A stretch of 64,000 bases of DNA from Blasia pusilla. Its lineage: Eukaryota. The notes beneath the pieces were generated by a model. The model was not told the DNA's origin and ran no database searches. It was given only the letters and a program-made list of their open reading frames with translations. The stretch's first letter is position 1; each line of letters opens with the position of its first letter. Positions 51,801 through 63,964 of this stretch are shown piece by piece. The translations under genes and the position numbers were made by a program. Location: contig CM114271.1 of the NCBI GenBank assembly GCA_050084515.1, forward strand, positions 28,892,001 through 28,956,000, written 5' to 3'.

Positions 51801-54290
51801 TGGCATTAGGTGGTTCTTCCTACTACTTTTTAGTTGTCGACGATTATAGTATGAAGATGTGGGTGTATTTCCTTTGTGATAAGGCAAGTGCTTTTGGAAA
51901 ATTTAAAGTATGGCACAAGATGGTTGAGAATGAGACGGGAAAGAAGGTACAAAAGCTTCGCACCAATCGAGGAGGAGAATTCTTATCAATAGAATTCAAC
52001 AAATATTTGGGGGAGCATGGAATCAAGCGACCGTTAACCACGGCATATACACCACAAAAAAATGTAGTTGTTAAGCGTCGAAACCGTATACTGGTAGAGA
52101 TGGCAAGATATATGATGAAAGCAAAAGCTTTGACAGAAGGATTTTGGGCTGAAGCTGTTAATACTACCGTTTACATTCTAAATAGAAGTGCTACCAAGTT
52201 AGTGTAAGACATGACTCCTCATCAATCATACTCAGGTAAGGTACCATCAGTCCAACATTTTAGGACTTTTGGTAGTGAGTGCTTTGTATATATTCTTGAA
52301 GCATCCAGGACCAAGCTGGAGTCCAAGAGCAAGAAGTACATCTTTATGGGATACAGTGATGAGTCTAAAGCTTATCGCTTATGGTGTCCTGAGGTAAAGA
52401 GGAGACTTGTAAGTCATGATGTGGTGTTTCAAGAACAACCTCATCAAGTGGCGGATGTCAGTGGTCCGTCCATATTATCATCAATCGAAGAGATAATCCA
52501 CTAGAGCACACCATCAATGTTTACACTAGATCATCAAGAAGAAGAATTTGGTGATGATTACAAAGAGCAGTCTGCTCTTCCACTACGGTCGTCATACCCT
52601 AAGTGGATAAAGCAACTCTTGGATGGTAAGGATCCACTAGCAATTGATGAAATTGTTACACATCCGAGGAGATCCAAGAGACTAGAGGAGCATAATAGAG
52701 CTTTCGCACATCTCATCAACATGGCCTTGATGACATAAGTCTTGAAGGTGGAAGAGCCATCATGCTTGGATGAGGCCCTTGCTCATCCTCTCTGGAGAGA
52801 GGCCATGCAAATGGAGATGGATGCTATTTAAAGAAATGAAACTTGGACTTTGGTTGAGAAGCCAAAGGACAAGAAGATAATACGCACCAAGTGGATGTAC
52901 AAGACCAAGCACAAGTCAAACAGTACATTAGATAAATTCAAAGCGAGGTTGGTTGCACAAGGATGTTCACAAATCAAAGTTTTTTTATTACCATGAGACT
53001 TTTGCTCCTACTGCAAGGATGACAACCATTCAAATTGTTTTAGAAAACCAGGAACAAGGCGTTGGCTTGTATACCAATACGATGTGAAGTCTGCCTTTCT
53101 GAACAGGAGTCTCAAGGAGGAGGTGTATATATCTCAACCACCAGGTTTTGAGACACTCGGATTAGAAGAGAAAGTGTGTTTGCTTCATTGAGCATTGTAT
53201 GGGTTGAAGCAAGCCCCAAGGGTATGGTATCAACGAATAGATACATTCTTCCGAGAGAAGGGTCTCATCAAGAGTTCGTGAGAAGGAAATTTGTATGTGT
53301 TTTGCGAAGATGGGATGTATACGTTGATAGTCCTGTATGTGGATGAATTGATCATCACACTAGACCACGATAAGAAAATAGAGGAAATGAAGGAAGTGTT
53401 GAAATCTGAGTTTGAAATGTTAGATTTAGTTCTTTTGCATTACTTTATAAGGCTAGAGATTTGGCAATAGTAAGATTCTATTTTTCTCTCTCAACAAAAA
53501 TATGCTAGAGAAATCTTAAAGCCATTCAAGATGACCGAGTGTAAGGCAGTGATCTTGCCAATGGAGATAGAGTTGAAACTCTCAATGGAGGATGTTTCAC
53601 CATTGGTAGATGAAAAGTTATACAAAAAGCTTGTTGGGAGTTGGATATTTTTGTGCAACACTAGACCAGACATTAGCTTTGCCATGGGAGTATTGAGTAG
53701 GTTCTCAACTAAGCCTCGTGAGAACCATTGGAAGGCAAGGATGCGTATGTTGAAGTACGTCAAAGGCACTATCGAGTACGACATCACCTATGGGGTAGGG
53801 ACGAAAATGATAGCCTTTTGTAACTCGGATTGGGCAAGAGATTCAGATTCTTGCAGAGCAGTTCCGAGTTATTGCTTCTTGGTAGAATGAGGTATGGAGT
53901 CATGGATCAGCAAGAAGAAACCTACATTGGCTCTTTCTTCTACTGAGGCACAGTACAAGGCGGCTTGTTTTGCCTCTTGTGAAGCAGTATGGTTGAGATG
54001 GATATTGGAGGACACATGAGAAGCACTAGAAAGTGCTACTGTAATGTGGTGTGATAATTAGAGTTGCATTGCCATAGCACATAATCTTGTGTTTCACGCT
54101 CGTACGAAGCACATAGAGATCCAGTATCATTTTTTTGGTGAGTTGATTGAGAGAGAGGTTTTGAAGTAAGTCTATTGTCCAACAGAGGATAACCGTGCAG
54201 ACATCTTCACGAAAGCTTTGAGCGGAGATAAGCCTCACCGACATCTGAAGGATCTTGGCATCGGTCCAAGAAATTATTCCACATGAGAGT
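48875..54290 (+). pseudogene. Copia gag-pol polyprotein remnant (gag, zinc knuckle, protease, integrase, RT, RNase H)
   Basis: [135 protein letters not shown]. Order PR-INT-RT-RH indicates copia. Many stops. Confidence 0.95.
48954..50358 (-). mobile_element. Solo LTR (1405 bp, Athila-like family) inserted in copia gag
   Basis: TG...CA ends (TGCAGTG / CATTACA) with a perfect 5-bp TSD ATTGT (48949-48953, 50359-50363). Removing it restores YTLWKRKM. The block cctactttcagaattgaatttgtcatggcaggttactcactgtc matches ~61216-61258. Confidence 0.9.
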
Positions 54291-55053
54291 GGATATTGAG
54301 GGGGAGGGGGGTGTTGTTGGATTCTCAACGATCACTTCTCTCAGCACCATTAATTTGATCGATCCCATTGTATGAGGAGAAGCCTAGGTTGATGGTTCTA
54401 ACTTAGACATCGAAGGAGTCATAGTAATATGACGTAGGTGGTTTATGGAGTAGCGTTACTAGGATTATCTAACCCTATATTCAAAATTTTCTATTAATAT
54501 ACACGAAGAAAAGTAGGTAAAAAAAACCCTAATTTCCCGAATAGTGAAATAGTCAGAAGCCGCAGCGGTAGCGCATTCTTGTATGTCGAGTTATCTCCAT
54601 GTTCAGGTTCTATCGAAGCTCTTTTGTGAGTGCACAGATGGACTAGGCCACTTTGTATTCCAAGTTTTTTAATAGATTTAAGTGATTTCATCATTTTCTG
54701 TTATCTCACAGAAACCGGTTTCCACAACTTTGAAGTCTTTTTAGTAGAAAATACCAGATGTGGAACTCGTTGTGGCAGTATTTTGAAGGATAAAGTAACA
54801 TCTGAGCCGTCTGTCATGAGTCCTCCTAAGTTCTTCTAAAATCTTGGACACATCGACGAGCTGAGATATAGGTTCTTTATCTAGAATGGAAGAAATATCG
54901 TCTCCTTTGGAAGCTATGACATCAAATGAGGCTAGATCTTGAATGACACGGACTGTAGATAAAGTGGTGTTATAAAGATTAGAGATACAAAAATTTCTAT
55001 CATCATTCTATACTCTCCATGCCAACAAACGATCACCTTCCCATAGATCAGGA

Positions 55054-55699
55054 TGTCGTGCACATACACATCGCTACACAACATACATCATTGTCACCGA
55101 ACACACACACAAACACGTACGATCCCATGCTAACTCATGGCATCCAAACAACGAGACAAGAAGTACCAAAATATCTCCAATTAAAATAAGATCCAATCTC
55201 TCTCACAACACCATAGTTCTCACATGTGGGCACTCTCACATGTCTCTCTTAATGTCAAACCAAACCCACTCTCCTAATGAGAGGCTTGGGTTACACACAT
55301 AAAGCAAGCAAGACCATAGCTCCGCCGCCTCATACCAAGAGGTTCAACAAAGAGAGAATGAGCTCTAAAGCTCTCTCTCCTTGAGTTATATCCCTCCACT
55401 CTCCCAAGCTCTCTCCATGGTAACCTATGCTCCTAGGTCACCTCCTTAGCTCTTGACCTGATGTAGGAGGTCAAGGGCCACTTACCAAAAATAAAAAATT
55501 GATCATATACTCAAAATGGTACTTATCTAAAATAGTAAGTTCTTCAATATGGCTCCAAATGAGCCGAAACAAAAGGGAAACCTCCTCTTTCAGGTTTCTC
55601 AGGGCCTCAGCAGGTCATCCTCGACCTACTGAGCCTGTCCTCCACTACTCACGAAGGCGCTCTACTAGATCTCACCGATCTATCCTAAAAGATGTGACA
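55054..55699 (-). mobile_element. LTR (646 bp, TGTCACATC...GCACGACA), probable 3' LTR of the PHD-bearing retroelement
   Basis: TG..CA on the minus strand, downstream of the PHD ORF and of the purine tract ctaggggggcga (55829-55840). Confidence 0.7.
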
Positions 55700-56009
55700 G
55701 TTGTCGTGCGTATACACATCGCTACAGAACATACATCGTTATCACCAAACACACACATAAACACACACGATCCAATGCTAACTCATGGCATCCAAACAAC
55801 AAGACAAGAAGTACCAAAATATCTCCAATCGCCCCCCTAGCTGGTGGTTAGGTCCCTCTAACTCCAGATAGCCATCTATCCCTACCGACCATGACATAGA
55901 TCTCTCGGACGCTAAGAGCAAGAAGGTCGGGTGCTCATGTGGCCCCATCGTTAGTCGCCTTCTTTTCATCCATGCCACAGACACAAGTCAAAATGTAGAA
56001 CTACCTACT

Positions 56010-56445
56010 CTATGTACATCTGGGACACATTCATCGTCCTTAAGGAACCCTAGTGAGAGGTGGCGTCAAGCATGCCATATGCCATCCTCTCAAACATCCA
56101 TCACATACTAGCATAGTGGCTGCACCACGGGCAAAACCACATAACATACATCGCAAGCTTGAAGGAACTACTGCTAAGCTCAGATCAACTGTATTGTCAA
56201 TGTTCGGAAGGTGACACGGCGCACAATTACGCACACGGTCCTTCCAAACTATACCATCGCGTCCCTCCAACAAGAGAACACTTGATGGCAAAACCTCACG
56301 CACTCTCAAGATGGTGCGCCCTACAGTCGCATCCAAGGTCGTGGGTGCCGTTTGTTGCAAGATGACAAATTCTCCTTGATGAAACCTCCGGATAATAGGT
56401 TGATAACCACTTCCCCGAATAGTTGCATACCTCAATGTATCCCGA
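56010..56445 (-). pseudogene. Retroelement integrase C-terminal region ending in a PHD finger
   Basis: DRDTLRYATIRG..YQP..RRFHQGEFVIL resembles the gypsy integrase C-terminal F..GD.V segment. It is followed by CMLC-x11-CDGC-x4-H-x2-C-LTPPLTRVP*GR*MCPRC, a complete C4HC3 PHD signature with two late stops. Confidence 0.85.
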
Positions 56446-59075
56446 TCATCCTGCGTCTACTCTCCTTGAACGTCAATCTTAGTGTTGCGGAAGCGTACGT
56501 TCATTAGGACACGCTTTCATTGCCAACATGCACCCAAATGCACTCACATTAGTCTGGCTTTGGGTCAAGCGGCCTTCCAACCCATCGAGTCTTCAACTCG
56601 GCGTCTCATCAAGCTCAAACTTCCCTCAATCCTAGGTTCCCAACGCGGGCAAGCCTTCCGAGACTTGGGACAGACTTTCTGGTTAGTCTAGGCACCTGAA
56701 ACAGCGTTTGCGCACCCAACTATCCAAGGGACCTTGCATGAGCCCCTAACCAAGACTCAAAAAGATGAGTCGCAAGTTGGAATCCAATAGGGACTTCCGA
56801 AATCCCTCTATTGAACTTGGTTTGGGTTTTGAAGCCCAACACCAAACTCATAATCCGTTCTGTGCCCTTGGGTCGCCTTGTGGTGCCCAAAGTGGGGTTC
56901 AAGTCCCAAGCACTCTTGGAGACCTTCCCCCTTACTCGTACTTATGGAAAACTCAAGGGTCCCCCTACCTTTGGGAAAGACCACCCGGGCCTCAATTTTT
57001 GGCCCTCAACTCGACTCCTCTTATAGTCGATTTTGGCCCATATCTCAACCTCTATACAAGAGTTTGCAAAGATCTTTAATGCATTGGAACCGGCTTGACA
57101 TAAGTTCTTCAACGCTATCTTATCCCAAACGCTTCTTGAGACTCAAAGTTATGGTCAAAAGTACAGTCAGAAACTCCCAAACGCTGCCCGCGTCTCAAGT
57201 CTGGTTTTCACCCCTTGGCCGCGTCTCGTCCAAGACTTGACTTCTCTCAAGTCTGAGTACTGCGTTTGGTTCCGGTTTCCTGGTCACGACAAATGAAACA
57301 CTCGAACACTCGCCTCACTCGCGTCTTGCCCTTGTGTTTCCTTAACTCCCAAAGCGCAAACCATCCTACCGTGAGCTCGCTAGAGTTTGGATGTTCCGCT
57401 TGGCGCTTGTTTGGTTATGAGGGTCACGACACTCACCCCTCTTTAGAGTTGATGCCCTCATCAACGCAAACCTTTTTAATTTCAAGTCATCGTGGGAAGC
57501 CAACCCCTTGACATCGAATCGCGTTCTGGTAGCTAACCCGCAATTCCTCTTCTGGCTTAAGTTTTATGTTGTCACTTGCAACACTTAGCATCATTTAGCG
57601 TCTCCTCTTCAATGAGCCTGGACCAATTCTCAACCGATCTAACCTATCAAATAAGCTAACTAAGGTTGCTACCTAAAACTACTTGTGCTCACAACTTGTA
57701 AACATCTCACCTGTTTACACGGTCCACAATTTGTACTACTCTTGGGTCGTTCTCGTATTTGACTTAACCGCGTCATTAAGTTCACTCATACACTCACGAG
57801 TGAGATCACCCCAAGCCCCAAGACAGAGTGATCTGCCCCGGCGACGCTAGGGCGAGCCCAAGTGCTAGTTGCCCAACACTTAGTCCTGTTCTAGGTACTT
57901 ATTCAAATACTAGCTCTTGCCTCAAATACTCCTTGTTTATCCTCTTGACTTACATCCTAAGCATATGAAGAACTATTCGTTGCCATGCCCTACCAAAGAC
58001 AAATTGCAAATAACACACGCATCAAATCTCCAAATTCATGCATTCCTTTATTGCAACACTAGCGTGCTCTAGTTACAATGGCCTTTGGCCCAAGCTTCCT
58101 ATGGCACTAGTCATGTCTCTAGCTTCTCCATGTACTAACGCATGTGCTTCCCTTGCAACCGTTTGAAGTCTTGCAACACCTCTTGCGCGTGTTCTAGATC
58201 TGCCTCCGCAATCCAAGTCGCCTCTTTCACATGGTAGCCTTTCCACTTGACCAAGTACTCGTACTTGTTGGCCCTACGCCTCGCACGCAAGATGGTCTCC
58301 ACCTCAAACTCCGGTTCTTTGCTTACGATTACCGGTTGTGGTCTCAACGCCTGTCTTCACTCGGGACGCTCATTATCCTAAAGATACTTCTTCAATAATG
58401 ACACATGGAAATTGGGATGTATCTTGAACTCTTCTGGCAGCTCCAATGTATACACATCCTCAAACGAGTTTTCCTTAATCACATACGGTCCAACATACTT
58501 GGTAGATAGCTTCACGGACAACTCCTTCAGAAGAGTGAGATTCTTCACACTCAACCACACTTGTTCTCCAACTTGGAATTTCACTTGGCGTCCGCTTTTG
58601 TTAGCATGCTTCACGTACCTCACTTGAGCCTTTTCAAGGTTTCTCCTTGCTCGCTCCTCTCGCTCTCGCATTTCCGCTAACAAACCTTCTACCGTCGCTT
58701 GTCGGGTCGGTGCTGATGTAGTACCCTTCGAAAGGGCTAGGTCAAGAGGCCCTTCTTGCTCACGTCCATAAGCCAGGAGAAACGGAGATTCTCCAGTTGT
58801 AGAATGTTTGGTGGAGTTGTGGCAGAACTCCGCCATACTCAACCACTTCACCCAATCTCGCTGGTCCGCGCTCACGTAATTCCTTAAGTATTGGTTCACG
58901 AGGGAGTTTACCTTTTCCGTTTGCCCATCCGTCTGCAGATGGAAGGCCATGTTGAAACTCAACTTGGTCTTGAACCTCATGAACAAGTGTTTCCAAAAGG
59001 CACGAGTAAACTTTGGATCCCGATCTGAAACAATACTCCTTGGCAATCCGTGTGCGCGCCACCAACTATCCAAGA
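56446..59075 (-). mobile_element. 3' part of a Ty3/gypsy chromovirus (integrase, chromodomain, PPT, 3' LTR from 57431 downward)
   Basis: HGLPRSIVSDRDPKFT..FW, AFHLQTDGQTEKVN, KYVGPY (GPY/F motif), IHPNFHVSLLKKY; chromodomain FEVETIL...YEYLVKWKGYHVKEATWIAEADL (58135-58347); PPT aagaggggtgag then TGTCGTGACC at 57431. Confidence 0.92.
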
Positions 59076-62000
59076 AGAGTCGACATCGCCGCGCTTCGCA
59101 GAATGGGTGTGGCGTCTTCGCGAGGCATGTTGCTAGGTCGATCTCGATGGACACCGCGCTTTGGCCTGCTACGCAACTTCGTGGTGATTCCGTCCATGAA
59201 AATACCCGCTTGGGTACGCCAGACTGCTCTTATAGTCCGCTCCCCCCCCTGTCCGTTCTTGGTCGTGACGCCGGGGCTGTAACAAGAAAGTGGGCGCTTC
59301 GCGGCTTTGCCACGCTTCCCCTTCCTATCTTCCTGCGCTTCGCCGCATGGGCTGTAAGGGTCGATCGGAACCTCGGTGCTTTGCTACTTCGCGAAGCACG
59401 GTCTATCTTGAACTTCGGTGCTTCGTGACTTCGCGAAGCACGGGGCGTTCGCCTACCCCCTTCCTCATGTTTCAGTCATCCTCAGGTTCGGGCTCATAAT
59501 ACCGGCGCACATGCATTCCATTGACTCACGTGGGCAGGGATTCTCCATGTAAGGTTTCTAATTGGAGGGATCCATTATCATAGATGGCCAATACCCGGTA
59601 GGGTCCCATCCAATTTAATTTTAATTTTCCGGGGAACTTTAGTCGCGGTTATCATCTGAAGAGCACTAAGTCGCCAACATTGATAGATTGTGGCGGAGAT
59701 GTCGATCGTAACGTTTCTTACGTTCTTTTGCACTTGGGCTGTCGTCGTAACGCCGAGCATGCGTGCTTCTTCCAACTCCACTAGAGTCTCATTCCTGTGT
59801 TCGATAACTTCGTCCGCAGCTTCCGTTCTTGTGCCCTCCAATACCCGATAAGTGGGCAACGCCCATTGAATAGGTGTTAAGGGATGTACGCCATAAGTCA
59901 GGAAGAACGGGGTGTAGTTTGTCGTCACCTTCTCAGCTATTCAGTACGCCCATAATGCTGGGGCAATTTTTGTGTCCCAATCATAGGAATAGGTTACCGT
60001 TAATCGATTCAATATTCGGCAAATGAGGCCGTTCGATTTTTCCGTCAACCCATTGGCTTTTGCGACATGGGTGAATTCAAGAATAAAGTTATCCACATCG
60101 TCTCGTCGGCCTCCAGCAAAGGTGGGGTACCTTAGCAGAGTTTTACTAGTGTTGGCCATGGACACTGCTCTCCTGCTGGCTCCCAGGCTTGATGCTCGAG
60201 AAGGAGGAGGTAAAGGTGCCGCCCGAGGTGCTCTGATCGGCTCCTCGCTCCCTGACTCTCCAAAGGGGTCCCAGGACGACTCTTTGTCCGACTGCGAACT
60301 GGCAGGGGACGTAGTGGGAAATTTGTCCCTTTCTTTCTTCTTGGTCTTCGTCTTTGGACGAGGACGAAGACTCGGAGACAAACCAGGGGTCCCAAGCCGT
60401 TCTTGTTCTCTCGCCGCCATCTGCGCCCGATCGGGCTCATTGCTCGCGAAGAGGGCTGAGAGCCTTCCATAAGTCTCTTGGGGGATTTGGCAACTCGCAA
60501 TCATCCCCCCGGTGGCGATAGGGTAAGGGTCCATGGATGGAGGTTAACTACTGATTCTTTTTACATCTACAGGAGGGTGCCTGGTGCTCCTATGCTTCCT
60601 GCCAGGTTTTCCTCCCATAGACAGAAGTACCGGTTTTCACCAAGCACCACTATCGTCCATGGGCGAAGCACCGTTCGGCGACCGGTTCTTTGTCCATTCT
60701 ATTTAGTTGGCCTATCTTCTTTAGCACCAATGCAGCAATTGTATTGTTATCTTCAAGCATACATTGTCTTACAGGGATCGCTAGAGCTAGCCGATGGTCT
60801 TTAGTAAGAATTAGAATGTGGGTTGTTTAGGAGCGAAGCTTCTTTCTCCGTTCCTTGCTTCCCAATGGGTCTTTTTCTCCCTTCCCAGCCAAGGATATGA
60901 TCCCCGGCAGCGGCGCCAAAAAGTCTTCGACTATATGTAATGTCTAAGTGTTTCTTATTTACAGTCAATTGTAGAGTTCGATCCCCAAGAGGATCATTGT
61001 TGGATGAAAAGAGAGTATAAGGTGATGATTTTGTTGTAAAAGTGTTATTGATTATGTAATTCAATTGTAGTATTCCAGTATTAGCTTCCGATCCTTCTTA
61101 GTACCTATGTTTTCTTCTTCAATTCTCTCGAGTGGAGTTTAAAGGACACTCAGGAAATTTGTTCTCTCATCATCTCGGAACCTCACAGAGACCTCAAGAA
61201 TAAAGCTGGCTTCTCCTACTTTCGGAACTCAATCCGTCGGGGTAGGTTACTCTCTGTCAAACAGATTTCATACAACTTTATATTGATTATTCCATTGATG
61301 AGAAAGGTTCGCCTGATTCACTCTTCACTCGATAGACCCAAAAATAATGTTCAGACATAAGCATCGCACATCAGAATGAATGAATGAATGCTTTACTACT
61401 CCATCAAGAATTGGAAGACTTCAAAGTATCTACAAGCTCGAGAAGGTACATCTCTCTTGCTCGGACCATTCCTACAGCATAAGGACTTCATGAGCGAATG
61501 ATGATAATAGCTTCTGTCCGGTTTCTTAAATATTCTCGAGAGTAAGATCGTTTCTATGATCCGAAGCGTTCTTGATGAAGGGTGTGTCTTTTCAATATCT
61601 GTAACTACCTAGATCTATGGTTCTCTTAGCTTTTCCTACGATCCCTATGAATCCGCGGTACAAAACTGTCCTAACTACCAATTTGATACAAAGGGTCGCG
61701 CCCTTTCCTAGTCTAATTGTTCTAACTATGTGTCGTTTCGAATCTCAATTCTGCTGAGCTTCGTTGCGCTAAATTTCCGGAGGACGAAGTTCTTCTTTCT
61801 TCTTCGTGCTTCGTGCTTCGCTCTTCGTGCTTCGCTCAAGAGCGAGGTACTTCGTATATAGAGCTTCGTTAAGCTTCGCTGAGCTTCGCGTTGAGCTTTT
61901 ATACTTCTTTACAGATTTTGACTCTCCTCTAAGGCAAATCCTTGATCTTCATCTCTCTGCCTTGTCTTGGGAGCTTGGTGATTCACTTATTCTTCTTCAT

Positions 62001-62104
62001 AATAATAGATAATCATAATCAAAATCATAATATACAAGAGTATTCGTTGAATAAAAAGATATATTCTTCAAGATTACAAAATTGTGGGTATCACAAGATC
62101 AACG
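59076..62104 (-). mobile_element. Athila-like Ty3/gypsy deletion derivative (LTR ~60923-62104, PBS, gag-integrase fusion)
   Basis: PBS TGGCGCCGCTGCCGGGGA (60901-60918, minus); gag N-terminus YPTFAGGRRDDVDNFILEF; integrase C-half ANGLTEKSNGLI..DWDTKIAPALWAY*...TNYTPFFLTYG. The LTR is related to the solo LTR at 48954. Confidence 0.75.
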
Positions 62105-62388
62105 TGTCACTCGACAACTCAATGCGGATCCCTAGACCCTTCAGCGTACCCAAATTGTGCATTCTAAATGAAAAAAAACTCTTACAACTCCTAAGGAACT
62201 TGTGTATCCGGCGCGGATGTCGGTGGTTGCTCTGGTGCAACCCCGTCTCAGAAAATAGAACTCTCATCTCCACGTGCAGTACCCGGAACCACGCTCGATG
62301 TTGTGGCTATCCTCTCCTGGCGTACCTGCAAAACATCCCAAGAAGTCCAAGGGTGTCTCTCCCGATCACCCTTGGTGTGTTGATCTCC

Positions 62389-63964
62389 TCAGATCTTGCC
62401 CCCAACCACTGCCTCAACCATCTCGGTAGGCATGGGGCTCACCAACGCAATATTTGTGATCTGTCGCATCCTCAAACGACGTTGCTCAGCTACTCCTAAG
62501 GTAAAAATCCATGTCAAGGAGTTCAAGTCTATCTCCTGACCCAAGACATGACGTCGTGATGCCTTTGATAGTGATGGTACTATCGTCACTCCTGTGGGAA
62601 ATCCCACTGCTTGCTCTCGCTCATTGGCGTTGGGCTCCACCAACATCTGTACTTGGTCATCCCAAACCAAGCCAGGTCCGGCCTCCTTGAATGCATAGGA
62701 AGCAGGAAAACTCACCAATGTGAGAAAGGTTGCCCGTGGCCTGCCAATCCTGTTGACCACAGTCAATGGCGATCGATCATCTAGCCTCATTGCCTATGAT
62801 CGACGGCCCGGATCCAATATAGAATCCACCAACAAATCGGAGGGGCGCTCCACTCTCACATATGCCCTCCGCAACACCTCATATGGTACCAAGTTGGTCC
62901 ACCAAAGTGTGAGAAAACAGAAAGTGAGGAAATCACTAAAATCTTTACAAAACTTAGAGATACAAAGTGGCCTAGTCCGTCTGTGCGCTCATAGAAGAGC
63001 TTCGATGGAACCTGAACATAGAGATAACCCGATATACGAGAATGCACTACCGCTGCGGCTCCCGACTATTTCACTACTCGGGAAACTAGGGTTTTTATCT
63101 ATTTTTCTTTGTTTCTATTAATAGAAAAATTTTGCCAGGGGCTGCGCCCCCGAACCCTTGCCCTGCACCTTATATTGCATCAGGATGCCCCGCACCTTGA
63201 TGCAACATAGGGTAAGATAATCCTAGTAACGCTACTCCGTAGACCACCTATGTCATATTACTATGACTCCTTCGACGTCTAAGTCGGAACCATCAATCTA
63301 GGCTTCTCCTCATACAAAGGGGGTTGATCTGATTAATGGTGCTCAGAGAAGTGGATGTTGAGAATCCAACACAAAGACACGGGCGATGTGCTCGTGAACC
63401 CACATTCGCCGCATCCAACAAAACTATTGTGCCAATCCATGCGCGCATTTGATGTGCACTTGTCACCACATGGGACCTCGAATTGTCCAAAATCGGTACA
63501 TTCTCCAGAATGTATGCTCGAGGACGAGATTGTTTCTCCTGCAAGTGTCACAAGATTCGCATCATCTCCCAAAACAACCTGGACCGAGAGTTAACTAATC
63601 CGCTACCTTGTCCGACACTCGACTAGCCCTGACATAGCCAACCAGCAATTACCAAGTCTATGGTCCCTACCCACTCCAAGTCCTACGCCCCCAACAATGA
63701 AATGTCCCTCGGTAGGGAACTCTGATAACCCTGAATGGCGGACGCAGACAACAAGTCGGGAAAACGGAGGCGTAATTGCGCCACATGGTGAAGTGAAGCG
63801 CGCCTCACAACATCATCAATCTCCACATATAGCTACTGCTACATGGGCACTCCAAAGTGCAAAATAGCAGCTAACCCAGTGTTGATCCCTCCAAAGAGAT
63901 CCAACACCCGAATACCCTTCTCTCGGATGCACCACCCAATCGGGGTGGTGTCCAAAGGGGTCAT
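62389..63964 (-). pseudogene. DNMT3-like cytosine-5 DNA methyltransferase domain in a retroelement polyprotein, interrupted by a solo LTR
   Basis: One frame after removing the solo LTR: motif I GIRVLDLFGGINTG, II LYVEID, IV IDLVIAGWLCQG, VI YILENV, VIII VGSRAHRPCLWWTNL, IX EREQAVGFPTGVT, X RRHVLGQEIDL. Spacing and the short target-recognition region match DNMT3-type enzymes (IRVLSLFDGIATG, SAAHRARYFWGNL, EMERVFGFP..YT, RQRLLG). Six in-frame stops; no introns. Confidence 0.9.
62908..63371 (-). mobile_element. Solo LTR of the copia family at 48333-54710
   Basis: Reverse complement begins tgttggattctcaacatccacttct and ends ttttctcaca, like LTR 48333-48802. Perfect 5-bp TSD CAAAG (62903-62907, 63372-63376). 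Confidence 0.97.

Larger units (their letters stand above)
48333..54710 (+). mobile_element. Full-length decayed Ty1/copia LTR retrotransposon
   Basis: 5' LTR 48333-48802 (TG..CA), PBS tggtattagag (tRNA-iMet type) 48803-48813, PPT gagggggagggggg, 3' LTR 54315-54710. Flanks aaaat/gaaac may be a mutated TSD. Confidence 0.95.

Noticed and set aside
62389-63964. Functional host DNMT3 gene or bacterial contaminant methylase
   Set aside because: Intronless with multiple stops, interrupted by a plant copia solo LTR and flanked by retroelement sequence. A decayed TE-borne domain fits better.
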